Part shown: piece by piece, positions 21,490 to 36,924 of the stretch | How the letters are laid out: each line of letters opens with the position of its first letter | How positions within the stretch are numbered: the first letter of the stretch is position 1 | Source of the DNA: Macrostomum lignano | Taxonomy: Eukaryota | Assembly: GCA_002269645.1 (NCBI GenBank) | Contig: NIVC01000420.1 | Span: 310,001 to 374,000 of the forward strand | Length of the DNA stretch: 64,000 bases | Direction of reading: 5' to 3' | Made by a program: the position numbers and the translations under genes | Notes under the pieces: generated by a model | The model's database searches: none | Told to the model about the DNA's origin: nothing | Seen by the model: the letters and a program-made list of their open reading frames with translations, nothing else

Positions 21490-22777
21490 TTAATGTCTTA
21501 TAAAAAATCTATATGCGAGCGTATCTTCTAGATAAAAGGGTCATCTCATATCTGACTCTCTGTCGTTCGGTTATTTTCTACCCTATAATAGCGAACTAGC
21601 ATCTGGAAACTGAAGCCGATCCTGCAGCTTTCTCGACACTGAAGATTTCTAATAATAAGAACAAAACTTGCAGAAAGACCCTAGCGCAACGTCTTCTGCG
21701 ATATCGTTCCACTGCCAACCAGCTCTGACGGCAATTCTGCCCTGGTGACTTTCTAATCGTCAGGCATGTGCAGTCTCTGTGCCTTGTGTACGTCACTTTT
21801 CGTACGTACCACTGAGCTGCCCGCCCCCAAAGAGATTCCTAGTAAAACTACTAACATTTATTTAGGCCGGGAAAGTTCAGCTGAGATACTAAAAGTAACA
21901 ACATGCGAATTTTTAAGAAGCATTTTTTTAAATTCGATGCCAATGAGCGCTTTATAGTAATTATCTACTGAACATGCACCAGCCTACTGATAGTAAGAAC
22001 AAGCGATTTTTTCGCAACTTTTAATGACACGACTACAAAATTTCACTTCAAGATTTGCCCGCCGACTGTCTTGAAATGTTTTTTGTCAGCAGTTTTTGTT
22101 GGGAAGACTTTGAAGAAAAATTTGACTGAAAATCTTTATTTCAGGGATCAGACTGATGTCGCACTTTTAAACTATTGCTCAGCATCGTCCCTCATCTCTC
22201 ATTTTCTTTATCTCATTTTCGCCTCGGCTCATCAGACGGGGTCCTTATCTGAGTCTGCCCGCACCCACCCACCTCCCTCTCTTCCCTACCCTGCCGTTCA
22301 TTTTCTTTCGCCATTTATTGAGAGCACGGTGGGCGAGCCAGCGACTGCAAGAAGAGGGTAGACATGTTCCGTGTAATTCTTGCTCTTGAAAGTCGTCCAT
22401 ATATGAGTAGAAGTATTACTAATTTATTAAATAATATACCTTAGGCTTCAGTAAGATAGATATGGATGGGTGGGTGGATTTACTGACGAAGGTGCTTGTA
22501 GGCGAACGCAATGTTGGTGTCCTGACGTGCAAGGTGGGCGGGGATCTCTTGTCCAGAGCAAGCACTAAAACCGTACCGGGGTTAAGGCAGTCCATCACGC
22601 AACTGAATTTTGGGATTTTGGCTCGGAGGGATATTTAAGATGTAATTGGCAAGGAAGGCTTCAGGGCGAACACGGATGAAAGGAGTTGAATTGAAAAGCT
22701 GCGCAATATTGAATCGCTGGGAGGCGGGGCACTTAAGACAGTGGATAAGATGTTCGTGTAACGAACGCGTCACTGCT

Positions 22778-24384
22778 AGTGTCAGTAGTTTGTGTCAGTA
22801 GTTTGTGCCAGTAGTTTGTGTCAGTAGTTTGTGTCAGTAGTTTGTGTCAGTAGTTTGTGTCAGTTGCTTGTTTCAGTAGTTTGTGTCAGTAGTTTGTGTC
22901 AGTAGTTTGTGTCAGTAGTTTGTGTCAGTAGTTTGTGTCAGTTGCTTGTTTCAGTAGTTTGTGTCAGTAGTTTGTGTCAGTAGTTTGTGTCAGTAGTTTG
23001 TGTCAGTAGTTTGTGTCAGTTGCTTGTTTCAGTAGTTTGTGTCAGTAGTTTGTGTCAGTAGTTTGTGTCAGTAGTTTGTGTCAGTAGTTTGTGTCAGTAG
23101 TTTGTGTCAGTAGTTTGTGTCAGTAGTTTGTGTCAGTGGTTTATGTCAGTAGTTTGCATCAGTAGTATGTGTCTGTAGTTTGTGTCAGTTGCTTGTTTCA
23201 GTAGTTTGTGTCAGTCGTTTGTGTCAGTAGTTTGTGTCAGGGGTTTTGTGTCAGTAGTTTGTGTCAGTAGTTTGTGTCAGTAGTTTGTGTCAGTAGTTTG
23301 TGTCAGTGGTTTATGTCAGTAGTTTGCGTCAGTAGTATGTGTCTGTAGTTTGTGTCAGTTGCTTGTTTCAGTAGTTTGTGTCAGTAGTTTGTGTCAGTAG
23401 TTTGTGTCAGTGGCTTGTGTCAGTAGTTTGTGTCATTAGTTTGTGTCAGTAGTTTGTTTCAGTAGTATGTGTCAGTAGTTTGTATCAGTGGTTTGTCATT
23501 AGTTTGTGTCAGTAGTTTGTATCAGTAGTATGTGTCAGTAGTATTTGTCAGTGGTTTGTGTCAGTAGTTTGTGTCAGTTGCTTGTTTCAGTAGTTTGTGT
23601 CAGTAGTTTGTGTCAGTAGTTTGTGTCAGTGGTTTGTGTCAGTAGTATGTGTCAGTGGTTTGTGTCAGTAGTTTGTGTCAGTAGTTTGTGTCAGTAGTTT
23701 GTGTCAGTAGTTTGTGTCAGTAGTATGTGTCAGTAATTTGTGTCAGTAGCTTGTGTCAATAGTTTGTGTCTGTAATATGTGTCAGTAGTTTGTGTCAGTA
23801 ATTTGTGTGTCAGTAGCTTGTGTCAGTAGTATGTGTCAGTAGTTTGTGTCAGTAGTTTGTGTCAGTTGCTTGTTTCAGTAGTTTGTGTCAGTGGTTTATG
23901 TCAGTAGTTTGTGTCAGTAGTATGTGTCTGTAGTTTTTGTCAGTAATTTGTGTCAGTAGCTTGTATCAATAGTTTGTGTCTGTAGTATGTGTCAGTAGTT
24001 TGTGAGTTTGTGTCAGTAATTTGTGTGTCAGTAGTTTGTGTCAGTAGTTTGTGTCAGTAGTATGTGTCAGTAGTTTGTGTCAGTAGTATGTGTCAGTAGT
24101 TTGTGTCAGTAGTTTGTGTCAGTAGTTTCTGTCAGTAGTTTGTGTCAGTAGTTTGTGTCAGTAGCTTGTGTCAATAGTTTGTGTCTGTAGTATGTGTCAG
24201 TAGTATGTGTCAGTAATTTGTGTCAGTAGTTTGTGTCAGTGGTTTATGTCAGTAGTTTGTGTCAGTAGTATGTGTCTGTAGTTTGTGTCAGTAGTTTGTG
24301 TCAGTAATTTGTGTCAGTAATTTGTGTCAGTGGTTTATGTCAGTAGTTTGTGTCATTAGTATGTGTCAGTAGTTTGTGTCAGTA
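22778..24384. repeat. 13-bp minisatellite, 1.6 kb
   Basis: TCAGTAGTTTGTG. Confidence 0.96.
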
Positions 24385-24413
24385 ACAGAAACTGCACAGC
24401 CAGTAGGACTCAC

Positions 24414-24515
24414 CGTGTTGCAGGTGTCGATCCGGGTGCCGCAGTTCAGGTAGTCCAGCACCTTCGCCAGATTGCCGGCCCGGGCCACTCGTAGGAAGTT
24501 CTGACTGGGATCCGC
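24414..24515 (-). CDS. Ankyrin exon: first ANK repeat (ADPSQNFLRVARAGNLAKVLDYLNCGTRIDTCNT)
   Basis: 102 nt, TTTTTAAG| and |GTGAGT. Aligns with ankyrin '[34 protein letters not shown]'. Not shown in the ORF track. Confidence 0.93.
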
Positions 24516-24589
24516 CTTAAAAAATTGAATGTGATTTTATAAGATTTTTTGGGATTGCTAAAATTGTACTTCGATGTCTGCACATTTTA

Positions 24590-24885
24590 AGCGACATCGT
24601 CACACAACCGGCGAGAGGCATTGCTGCCCATCCCGCCGACTCCCCTGAGCAGGCACACAAGCGCGCGGATACGTATGCAATCATACGCACAGGCACACAG
24701 TCACACAGGAGTGTACAGCGGCCCTAACTTTACTTATCGTTAGGCATGTACGCTTCAAGGGTGTTAATTGCACGAGCAGAGCCAAGCCGAGATTCCAATT
24801 TAGCTCTAAAATTAATGTGACTGCACTTGGAATCGAGCCTGGGCCGCCCCTAAAGCGATCTTGCTCATGTTTGGATGAATATTTG
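24590..24885 (-). mobile_element. SINE family B, copy 2
   Basis: Shares GCGGCCCAGGCTCGATTCCAAGTGCAGTCACATT and GTGTGCCTGCTCAGGGGAGTCGG with copy 1. Confidence 0.7.
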
Positions 24886-25557
24886 AACGCTGGAGACACA
24901 TTGAGAAGCAGAATAGCTGGGAGAAACTGGGACGCACCAGCAGCTGCAAGCGTGCTAGTCTAAATCGGTCTTGCCCTCCCTGAACCTTTCCCAGGTCAGC
25001 TAGTAGGGGAATTTCACTACACCAGAAGCAGAACGCCTTAACACACTTTAAAAAACGTATAAACACACGTGCTAGCGGACGGCCAACAGATGCTAAGAGG
25101 CATTGGGGCCAGCTACAGAACGAAAGAGTGATGAGGAATAGGGAGAGACTGGGGAACAAGGAAAGTAGTTTTGCCCGATGCCCAGGCCGAGGCCACTGCT
25201 GCAGTGAAACCCAACACTGATGGGACTGCAGGGTTGGTCGAAGTAGCATTGCCTAACCAAGCCACGGCTACCGTGCTGGCTGTGTGCTGTCAAAGTGTTC
25301 CACAGCGGTTGCGGTTGCAAATCCGCTTCTACAGTTCCCGTTCCTTCTCTTCCCCCACAGGCGCTGGGCGAGATCAACGGCCGTGTTAATTTTGCTCTCC
25401 AGTGTCTCCCTATCGTTTCTGTATCTCCTATGCAGACTGGCTTTTGTTTGACCGCCAGAAATTGAAAACTTTCCTTTACACCGTAGCCTGAAATAGCAGA
25501 ATCCGTTCCTGCCTGCGCAGCCTGCAGGGCTTGGCCATAGACATAGCAGCGGCTAAG

Positions 25558-25875
25558 GCTCAAGGACCACTGTAGCATAACAGGATCAAGAACCACTGTA
25601 GCATAACAGGATCAAGGACCACTGTAGCATAACAGGATCAAGGACCACTGTAGCATAACAGGATCAAGGACCACTGTAGCATAACAGGATCAAGGACCAC
25701 TGTAGCATAACAGGATCAAGGACCACTGTAGCATAACAGGATCAAGGACCACTGTAGCATAACAGGATCAAGAACCACTGTAGCATAACAGGATCAAGGA
25801 CCACTGTAGCATAACAGGATCAAGGACCACTGTAGTATAACAGGATCAAGGACCATTGTAGTATAACAGGATCAA
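25558..25875. repeat. 26-bp minisatellite
   Basis: GGATCAAGGACCACTGTAGCATAACA. Confidence 0.95.
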
Positions 25876-27182
25876 CGACCAATTTGATCCTGTATAAGTA
25901 ACTGTATAACTGTATAAGTACCTGTAATACCTGTATAAGTCCCTAATTCATATTGAACCATTTTGACTCTCACCTGTTGAGCGACAGTGTTTCCCATATG
26001 TGCAGATGCAGTTCTTATATTCTTTTAGAGTCACAAATTTCTTTTATTTTAGTAAAAATATATTCAAAGAAATTGTCGAAAAAACGAGATCAGCTTCTTG
26101 CTCAAAGAAAGTCCGAGCAAAAAAGGTGAGGAGACAAAAGCTTGCTTCTCCTAGCCGAAATAGTAATTATAATTCTCGCCAGGCGGGAAGAAGAAAGATG
26201 CTGAGCTGAGAAAATACTTTAATAGGTCACTTCGGGTAAGAAACAGGCGGATAAAAAGGCGCTTTTTAAAGGTCCTGCTTGGATCTTTTGCGGAGCAGCG
26301 ACTTCTCCGAATTTTGCTACTCAAGCCCCTTTTCTCTCTGTCTCTCCTCTCTCCTTCTCTCTGTCGCCTTCGCGACTCGCTCCGGAATAAAAAACTTTCC
26401 CAGCAATTGACGTGATTCACCTTAAAAGATCCAGGAGGAAAACAGGGCGGAGGGATGCCAACAGGAAGAATTGGACGCAGATGCTACCTGGGAGCGGCAG
26501 CAGCGGAGGCGGGTGGAACTGCCGGAGTTCGACCCCTCCCCTAGAAGGAAAAATAAGAAAGAGGCGTATTGGGGGCCTAGCTGTTATCTGGGCTGCGCCT
26601 TCGGTAGAAGAAGATGTTCCGCACACTTTCGGCTGATTAGGGAGAAGACAATTGCGGATATCCGTGTCCCTTGGACGATTTTTCACCAACACAAATTTCC
26701 TCGAGCTTCGCTTTTTTGTTATACTGAACAGCATTTTTTTCTCTGGGCAGAAGCTGGCCGTCCATCTCCCTGACCCAGCTGCGCACGGATTGTGCTGAAT
26801 CAGTACATCAGTACACGGTGGGTCGAACTCTGGTTGGACAGGGAGGGGGCTGTGGCTCTGGGGTGCATTTAGGCAAGACAGTAGCAGCAATTTCTTCGTC
26901 AAAAGTTCAGCGGAATCTTCCATCACTGTCTTGTGCAATAAATGACTGCGCTGGACCATGCTACGCTGCGCAACATCAAAGATGGGATTGCTTCTAGAAG
27001 AGAGAAAGAAAGCGCTGTTCGAAGCGCTGTAAAGCCTTCCAACCGTCAATTAATTAACCCCAGATTCCAATTATAAAGCAGAGCGCAAGACCCAGCCGTC
27101 ATAATAAACTGTTATTGCAGGCCGTACAGAATTGGAATACAAAATCTATGGAAACAATGAAGGGAAGTCACGAACGCCTCAC

Positions 27183-27239
27183 CGGCTTCTGCTGTTGCTG
27201 TTGCCGCAAGTCCCTTGCTGCTTCATTGGCAGCAGCCAT
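27183..27239 (-). CDS. Candidate first coding exon of ankyrin (MAAANEAARDLRQQQQQKP)
   Basis: AACATGG start, 19 codons, phase-0 donor CCG|GTGAGG compatible with the 24515 acceptor. Confidence 0.65.
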
Positions 27240-27883
27240 GTTTAGCAGCTAAAAGCAGCCAACTGAATTATTTCTTCGACTTCGCTACTTGACAATTGTT
27301 TAACAGACACGTCAGGACTCCAACGCCTTTGGGATGCTTTTTTTACACAACATCCCCGCGTATATACGCCATTCCTACTCACTGTACGGAGTGGCGAGAA
27401 AGTGTGGTTGAAACGAGCGGATCGGGATACTGAGCAGGCATGTACTTGCTCAGCACACTCTCTGTGCCAGTCTGGGGGATTGGGGAGATGGCGAGACAGG
27501 GAGAATCCCACTTTCTTCCCGAGCCAGTCTACCTCATTCCCCGCTGTCGTCTCCCTCGTCTCGCTCGCATGGGCTCACCCTGCTTTTAGTCTGCTCCAGT
27601 GGCCTCTCTCAAGAGCCAATCCTTTCTTTGCAACACGCTTTCTCCCCGGCACTAATGTGTTTCTTTTTTGGCTCAGCTCAGAGCCGGAGAACAGAGTAAG
27701 AGAAACAACGGATGTCATGAAATGCTGAATACGCGGCAGCACCAGCAGGAGGACTGAATGCTTGTACAATGGCGGTTGCCTCTGTTGGTGTCAAGCTGGA
27801 AGCTCTCACACAAGCTCTGGATTGCCAAGACACCTGCCCCCCCTCCTATGGGCAAATGATGGCACCTGAACATTTAATTAAAT

Positions 27884-29600
<1,717 letters not shown>

Positions 29601-30136
29601 GAATTTCGCATCCTGCTCAGAGCTGCGTACAGCATGAGAGCTCAAACTCAATAAATATTGGATAAACACTCACCATACTAAGAGCTTTCGGCAGAGATGT
29701 TTTTCTCACCCAACCGCGCCTCTTGAATGCAGCAACTGGCAGCTGCGACTGCCAAAAAAATAGTCGCCTCGCGGTAAAAAAGGCAAATTATTATGAAGAG
29801 CAGAGAGACAGAGTGAGATCCGCAGCAACTTGCCAGCAACCCCCAGGAAGTGTGACACCAAATTTCTGCATTTCCTGCCCCAGCCTACACAGCACTCCGA
29901 CAGTCAGTAATCCCGGATCAGGGCGGCTCTTTCTTACGACCCGCCTGTCTGCTGTATCGATCAATCACCAACCTCCACTCCGCCAGCCTCTGATGAGGTG
30001 CCAACTGCTCTTGCCTGGCTTGATTCCAAATATCTTCCGAATCCAAATCTCTGTCAGCTCAAGCTTAGGCTTGAGACAAATCTCTTATTAACTCTCGGAG
30101 TATATTGCGGCCAGCTCTATCACTGTAACTGAGCAA

Positions 30137-31720
30137 AGTCTCTCTGAGTCTCTCTCTGAGTATCTTTGAGTGTCTCTCTGAGTCTCTCTCTGAGTATCTT
30201 TGAGTGTCTCTCTGAGTCTCTCTCTGAGTATCTTTGAGTGTCTCTCTGAGTCTCTCTCTGAGTATCTTTGAGTGTCTCTCTGAGTCTCTCTCTGAGTATC
30301 TTTGAGTGTCTCTCTGAGTCTATTTGATCTCTCTGAGTCTCTCTGAGTCTCTCTGAGTCTCTCTGAGTCTCTCTGAGTCTCTCTGAGTCTCTCTGAGTCT
30401 CTCTGAATCTCTCTGAGTCTCTCTGAGTCTCTTTGAGTCTTTCTGAGTCTCTCTGAGTCTCTCTGAGTCTCTCTGAGTCTTTCTGAGTCTCTTTGAGTCT
30501 CTCTGAGTCTCTCTGAGTCTTTCTGAGTCTCTTTGAGTCTCTCTTAGTCTCTCTGAGTCTCTCTGAGTCTCTCTGAGTCTCTCTGAGTCTCTTTGAGTCT
30601 CTCTGAGCCTCTCTGAGTCTCTCTGAGTCTCTCTGAGTCTCTCAAAGTATCTCTGAGTCTCTCGAAGTATCTCTGAGTCTCTCTGAGTCTCTCTGAGTCT
30701 CTCTGAGTCTCTCTGAATCTCTCTGAGTCTCTCTGAGTCTCTCTGAGTCTCTTTGAGTCTCTCTGAGTCTCTCTGAGTCTCTCTGAGTCTCTCTGAGTCT
30801 CTCTGAGTCTCTCTGAGTCTCTCTGAGTCTCTCTGAGGTTCCCTCTGAGTCTCCGCGGTCATCGCAAATCTCATTCAACTTATTTTAATCAAAGCTCAAG
30901 CAAGTGTACGAAACCCAGAAGTATTCTTCCTTAAAAATCGATTTTCAGAAGGCCTGCACCCGAATCTCGATCTCTGAGTCTTCTTATATTGCCCGAGGGC
31001 AGATGGGCTACTCAGCTACTCAATTCAATTGAGTTCGGGCCAAGATGCATAGAGAAGGCTGCGAAATCGAGATTGAAATTGAAGTCCTGGTCTTTTTTAT
31101 CCGGGCTACAAATCAGTTGGGAAAATTGTAGATCGTATAGCGAGGGGATTTGAGCAGAGGAGAGAGGAGTGTCTCCTGAGCAACTAATCTTACTTCTTTG
31201 ATTTACTTGATGGAAGTTCCGCCCTCTCGAGTTGAAGTTATCCCGTGGAGACCTGTACTTTGGTGAATTATCCAAATAAGGCCGCTAAAATTTTCAGAAG
31301 GAGTCTTTCTGAGTCTCTCTGAGTCTCTCTGAGTCTCTCTGAGTCTTTCTGAGTCTCTTTGAGTCTCTCTGAGTCTCTCTGAGTCTCTCTGAGTCTTTCT
31401 GAGTCTCTTTGAGTCTCTCTTAGTCTCTCTGAGTCTCTCTGAGTCTCTCTGAGTCTCTCTGAGTCTCTCTGAGTCTCTCTGAGTGTCTCTGAGTCTCTCT
31501 GAGTCTCTCTGAGTCTCTCGAAGTATCTCTGAGTCTCTCGAAGTATCTCTGAGTCTCTCTGAGTCTCTCTGAGTCTCTCTGAGTCTCTCTGAGTCTCTCT
31601 GAGTCTCTCTGAGTCTCTCTGAGTCTCTCTGAGTCTCTCTGAGTCTCTCTGAGTCTCTCTGAGTCTCTCTGAGTCTCTCTGAGTCTCTCTGAGTCTCTCT
31701 GAGTGTCTATTAGTGTCTCT
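30137..31720. repeat. Two blocks of 10-bp (GAGTCTCTCT)n satellite around a unique ~460-bp spacer
   Basis: Blocks ~30137-30850 and ~31301-31720 share the same variant order. Confidence 0.93.
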
Positions 31721-31737
31721 AAGAGGCGTGGTGAGAG

Positions 31738-32800
31738 GTAGGGAGATAGATAGGGAGATAGGGAGAGAGATAGGGATAAAAATAGTGAGAGAGATAGCGG
31801 GAGACGTAGGGAGAGAGAGAGATAGGGGGAGAGATAGGGGGAGAGATAGGGATAGAGATAGCGGGAGACGTAGGGAGAGAGAGATAGGGGGAGAGATAGG
31901 GGGAGAGATAGGGATAGAGATAGGGGAGGGATAGGGAGAGAGATAGGGGGAGAGATAGGGGAGAGATAGGGAGAGAGTTAGGGGGAGAGATAGGGGAGAG
32001 ATAGGGGGAGAGATAGGGGGAGAGATAGGGGGAGAGATAAGGGGAGAGATAGGGGGAGAGATAGGGGGAGAGATAGGGGAGAGATAGGGGGAGAGATAAG
32101 GGGAGAGATAGGGGGAGAGATAGGGGAGAGATAGGAGGAGAGATAGGGGGAGAGATAGGGGGAGAGATAAGGGGAGAGATAGGGGAGAGATAGGGGGAGA
32201 GATAGGGGGAGAGATAGGGGAGAGATAGGGGGAGAGATAGGGGGAGAGATAGGGGGAGAGATAAGGGGGAGAGATAGGGGGAGAGATAGGGGGAGAGATA
32301 AGGGGAGAGATAGGGGGAGAGATAGGGGAGAGATAGGGGGAGAGATAGGGGAGAGATAGGGGAGAGATAGGGGGAGAGATAGGGGGAGAGATAGGGGAGA
32401 GATAGGGGGAGAGATAAGGGGAGAGATAGGGGGAGAGATAGGGGGAGAGATAGGGGGAGAGATAGGGGGAGAGATAGGGGGAGAGATAGGGGAGAGATAG
32501 GGGAGAGATAAGGGGAGAGATAGGGGGAGAGATAGGGGGAGAGATAGGGGGAGAGATAGGGGGAGAGATAGGGGGAGAGATAGGGGAAGAGATAGGGGGA
32601 GAGATAGGGGAGAGATAGGGGGAGAGATAGGGGGAGAGATAGGGGGAGAGATAGGGGGAGAGATAGGGGAGAGATAGGGGGAGAGATAGGGGGAGAGATA
32701 GGGGGAGAGATAAGGGGAGAGATAGGGGGAGAGATAGGGGGAGAGATAGGGGGAGAGATAGGGGGAGAGATAGGGGGAGAGATAGGGGGAGAGATAGGGA
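31738..32800. repeat. G-rich 11/12-bp satellite (GGGGGAGAGATA)n
   Basis: Direct inspection. Confidence 0.95.
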
Positions 32801-33282
32801 GGCAGAGAAATCATTAGAAAAAGAGTTCAGCTTGATTTGCACACGAGCACAGAACAGATTCAGTACTGCAAAATAATATTGTGTAACACGAGCGGAACCC
32901 GCACGAGACTCATGACTTCATATGCATGCATGCTGTGTGATTCCAGCAGCGCAAGTCTCCCTGGCTGTCTCAGTCTATCACGGGGCTGAGGCTGGCCCGA
33001 AAGCAATTCTAATTCGATAGAACGACTCTCGGAATCATTATTGATGAGACCTGCCCGAGGCATAGCGGTCCTATGTAAGGCTAATATTACCAAACTATTA
33101 TTATTACCGTCTGGTGTGCTCTGGCATATGCCTCGATAGAGTATAGAGCATTCTCCATACATTCAGTTCGAATTCTTGCCGCAGTTCATTGTCCTGCATC
33201 TGGGATCCAAGTTGCTAGGAACTTAGGAGATTTATCCCACTTGAAAACGATGGGGTTAGGCATGAGAGACACGGGAGGTTGA

Positions 33283-33635
33283 AAGATGATGGGAGGGAGA
33301 TGATGGGAGAGAGATGATGGGAGAGAGATGATGGGAGGGAGATGATGGGAGGGAGATGATGTGAGAGAGATGATGGGAGGGAGATGATGGGAGGGAGATG
33401 ATGGGAGGGAGATGATGTGAGAGAGATGATGGGAGGGAGATGATGGGAGGGAGATGATGTGAGAGAGATGATGGGAGAGAGATGATGGGAGAGAGATGAT
33501 GGGAGAGAGATGATGGGAGAGAGATGATGGGAGGGAGATGATGGGAGGAAGATGATGGGAGGGAGATGATGGGAGGGAGATGATGGGAGGGAGATGATGG
33601 GAGGGAGATGATGGGAGAGAGATGATGGGAGGGAG
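33283..33635. repeat. 14-bp satellite (GATGATGGGAGGGA)n
   Basis: Direct inspection. Confidence 0.93.
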
Positions 33636-34214
33636 GGAGGAGAATTCTTTGCCTATTTGAGCTCATTTCGCTCTGCATGAATCTGGATTCAAATTCTAGT
33701 CTCAAATTTCCGAGTTGGAACTGCTTGGGAATTTTATCCCACTCAGATAGCAGACAGTTCCCTGTTCTATCAAACAATTTTCTGCTCATTGGCACTACTC
33801 ACAGCCCCTATTATGCGGTGACATGGGCAGGTTTTTCGGGGATTCAGGATCCCATTGGGGGGAAGAGAATTTACATGATTTGCCTCTTTTTTCTGGGCTT
33901 TGCTCAGTTGACTCCGGCTTTTCTTGAAACGAGCTGAAAGCAGCTTCAGAACTGCCTTTGAAAGCAGCTGAAAGCTACCTTGACTGCTCTCTTCTTCTTT
34001 GCTGAGGCAGTTCAATTTGTATGCAAATGTCAGCTTCTGCGATCGGGTTTGCTTACTGAACTCGACTTAAAAATACGTTAACTTTATTGAATTTAAAAAA
34101 AATTGTGGTAAAACTGAGCATCCAAAAAAATTGGATTCTGTGCACGCAGCAGACTACTGTATAGTAGGAATAGCAATTTATGCAATAGAAAATTTTTTTG
34201 GTCTTCAGCGATGA

Positions 34215-34955
34215 GGAGAGGGAGAGAGGAGAGATGAGACGGAGAGGGAGAGAGGAGAGGGAGAGAGGAGAGGGAGAGAGGAGAGGGAGAGAGAGGAGAG
34301 GGAGAGAGAGGAGAGGGAGAGAGAGAAGAGGGAGAGAGAGGAGAGGGAGAGAGAGGAGAGGGAGAGAGGAGAGGGAGAGAGAAGAGAGGGAGAGAGGAGA
34401 GGGAGAGAGGAGAGGGAGAGAGGAGAGGGAGAGAGGAGAGGGAGAGAGGAGAGGGAGAGAGGAGAGGGAGAGAGGAGAGGGAGAGAGGAGAGGGAGAGAG
34501 AGGAGAGGGAGAGAGAGGAGAGGGAGAGAGGAGAGGGAGAGAGAGGAGAGGGAGAGAGAGGAGAGGGAGAGAGGAGAGATGAGACGGAGAGGGAGAGAGG
34601 AGAGGGAGAGAGGAGAGGGAGAGAGGAGAGGGAGAGAGAGGAGAGGGAGAGAGAGGAGAGGGAGAGAGAGGAGAGGGAGAGAGGAGAGGGAGAGAGGAGA
34701 GGGAGAGAGGAGAGGGAGAGAGAGGAGAGGGAGAGAGAAGAGAGGGAGAGAGGAGAGGGAGAGAGGAGAGGGAGAGAGGAGAGGGAGAGAGGAGAGGGAG
34801 AGAGGAGAGGGAGAGAGGAGAGGGAGAGAGGAGAGGGAGAGAGGAGAGGGAGAGAGGAGAGGGAGAGAGGAGAGGGAGAGAGAGGAGAGGGAGAGAGGAG
34901 AGGGAGAGAGGAGAGGGAGAGAGAGGAGAGGGAGAGAGGAGAGGGAGAGAGGAGA
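34215..34955. repeat. Pure polypurine (GAGGAGAGGGA)n tract
   Basis: Direct inspection. Confidence 0.95.
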
Positions 34956-35624
34956 GCAGATAGAGAAGTTGACTAATGGATGAGGGAAAACAGAAGTGGA
35001 GAAAGTGAATCCAGGGCAGAGAAATGGGGAAACTCAGCACAGATATCTGTAACATTTGAACACGAGTTGCGCTGGGCCCATAAAACGCGAGACAGCCGCC
35101 ATCTGGCGGTCTCTTGGATTAGAGCCGGAGCCATCCTCCCTACTTCTAGACAGTAGTACTGTCCGGAGCAGTAGGCATTAGAATAATCCCCTCTACAGTC
35201 CTTGATAATCCCAAACTGCTCCAGCCAAGGCGGTACAGCGAGTGATTGATGCGGTGGGGCTTGAACTGGAGCCTGAGCCCCCGGACTCAACATAATTGCT
35301 GGCGGGGCTTCATCAAATCTTCGGAACCGCCCTCGCATGTTCCCGGCTTGCAGCCCAGCCGGCTCGTTAAGGCCACTCTGGAAAATCTGCTTTTGCTGCT
35401 ACTGCTGCGGAGTCCTGCAACGCTGTTAAATTCTCTGTCGCCCAGAAGAGAAAAAATGTTCTCTAGAAATTCTCCTCCTCCTAGAAGCGACAGACTCTTT
35501 GCGAGATTATTCAAATTAACCAATCAGATTTCGGAGGATTGAGGATGACTTGGTAAGCCGTGAGGCAGGAGACACTCTCTGGATTGATTTTTTTATCTCT
35601 GAGGTTCTCAGTTGGAAATCCCAA

Positions 35625-36243
35625 GATTCACTCTAGGAAATCTCTAGATTCAATCTAGGAAATCTCTAGATTCACTCTAGGAAATCTCTAGATTCACTCT
35701 AGGAAATCTCTAGATTCACTCTAGGAAATCTAGATTCAATCTAGGAAATCTCTAGATTCATTTCACAAAAACTCTAGATTTGTTCTGTAGAAAATCTATA
35801 GATTCAATCTAGGAAATCTCTTGATCCACTTTAGGATATCTCTAGATTCGCTCTATGAAATCCCAAGATTCACTTTAGGAAATCTCTAGATTCACTCTAG
35901 GAAATCTCTAGATCCATTATAGGAAATCTCTAGATCCATTATAGGAAATCTCTAGATCCATTATAGGAAATCTCTAGATCCATTATAGGAAATCTCTAGA
36001 TCCATTATAGGAAATCTCTAGATCCAATCCAGGAAATCTCTAGATCCACTCTAGGAAATCTCTAGATCCATTCTAGGAAATCTCTAGATCCACTCTAGGA
36101 AATCTCTAGATCCACTCTAGGAAATCTCTAGATCCATTATAGGAAATCTCTAGATCCATTCTAGGAAATCTCTAGATCCATTATAGGAAATCTCTAGATC
36201 CACTCCAGGAAATCTCTAGATCCACTCCAGGAAATCTCTAGAT
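35625..36243. repeat. 22-bp minisatellite containing TCTAGA
   Basis: GAAATCTCTAGATCCATTATAG variants. Confidence 0.93.
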
Positions 36244-36924
36244 CCGCAAAAATCTTACATGACTCTTCCAAATCTTAGAAATTATGTAAGATGTAGGTCT
36301 CTATTATCTAGTAATAAATCTAGGTTTATATATTAATATATGGCTCGTATTCTATATAAGAGCAGACCATAGAGCCATGATCATCTCTGTGCACATAAAA
36401 TAGCTTGTCTGGACAAGCGGGCTCCCGAAGGGATTCAAATCCAATTGTCATGAAGCAGGCAGGATGCACTGCCCAGCAACTAAATCGGATTAGGCCTGTG
36501 GCTATGGCGGTGTCTATCTGGGGGGGGATTAAGCTAGAAGGCGGTGCGTGAGCAGTCGGACTCAAACTGGATTCCCGAGTTCGAGCTGAAATCCAGGAAA
36601 AAAATTATAGCATGAAACAGCTCCTCAGACATGTGCTTGTTAGCGTTTGGGTTACCGCCTCCAGAGTAAAATGTAAGTAAGAATCTACATGCACATGAGA
36701 AACAGAATCCAATGTGAATAAATAAGCTGGGCACGGCTCGGATTCTTTGTGGTCGATCGATGCTCTGAGGGGGGCAGCTGCTGCTCAGACCGACAGGCTC
36801 ACCGGTGCGTGCATTAATAATTGTGCGCCCCACCGACATCTTGGTGAGGGAGATCTGATCAGAGTTTGAGCTACACTTGAGGGATTTGTCCTCAAGGCTG
36901 ACTAATTGAGAGCATAGGTTTGAT

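Noticed and set aside
22490-22560. CCTGACGTGCAA resembling a 28S rRNA segment
   Set aside because: The match is only ~12 nt and the flanks do not follow rRNA sequence.
26100-27049. ORFs 26417-27049 (-) and 26471-26773 (+) in unique sequence
   Set aside because: No recognisable motifs or convincing splice pairs; probably intronic or UTR sequence of ankyrin.
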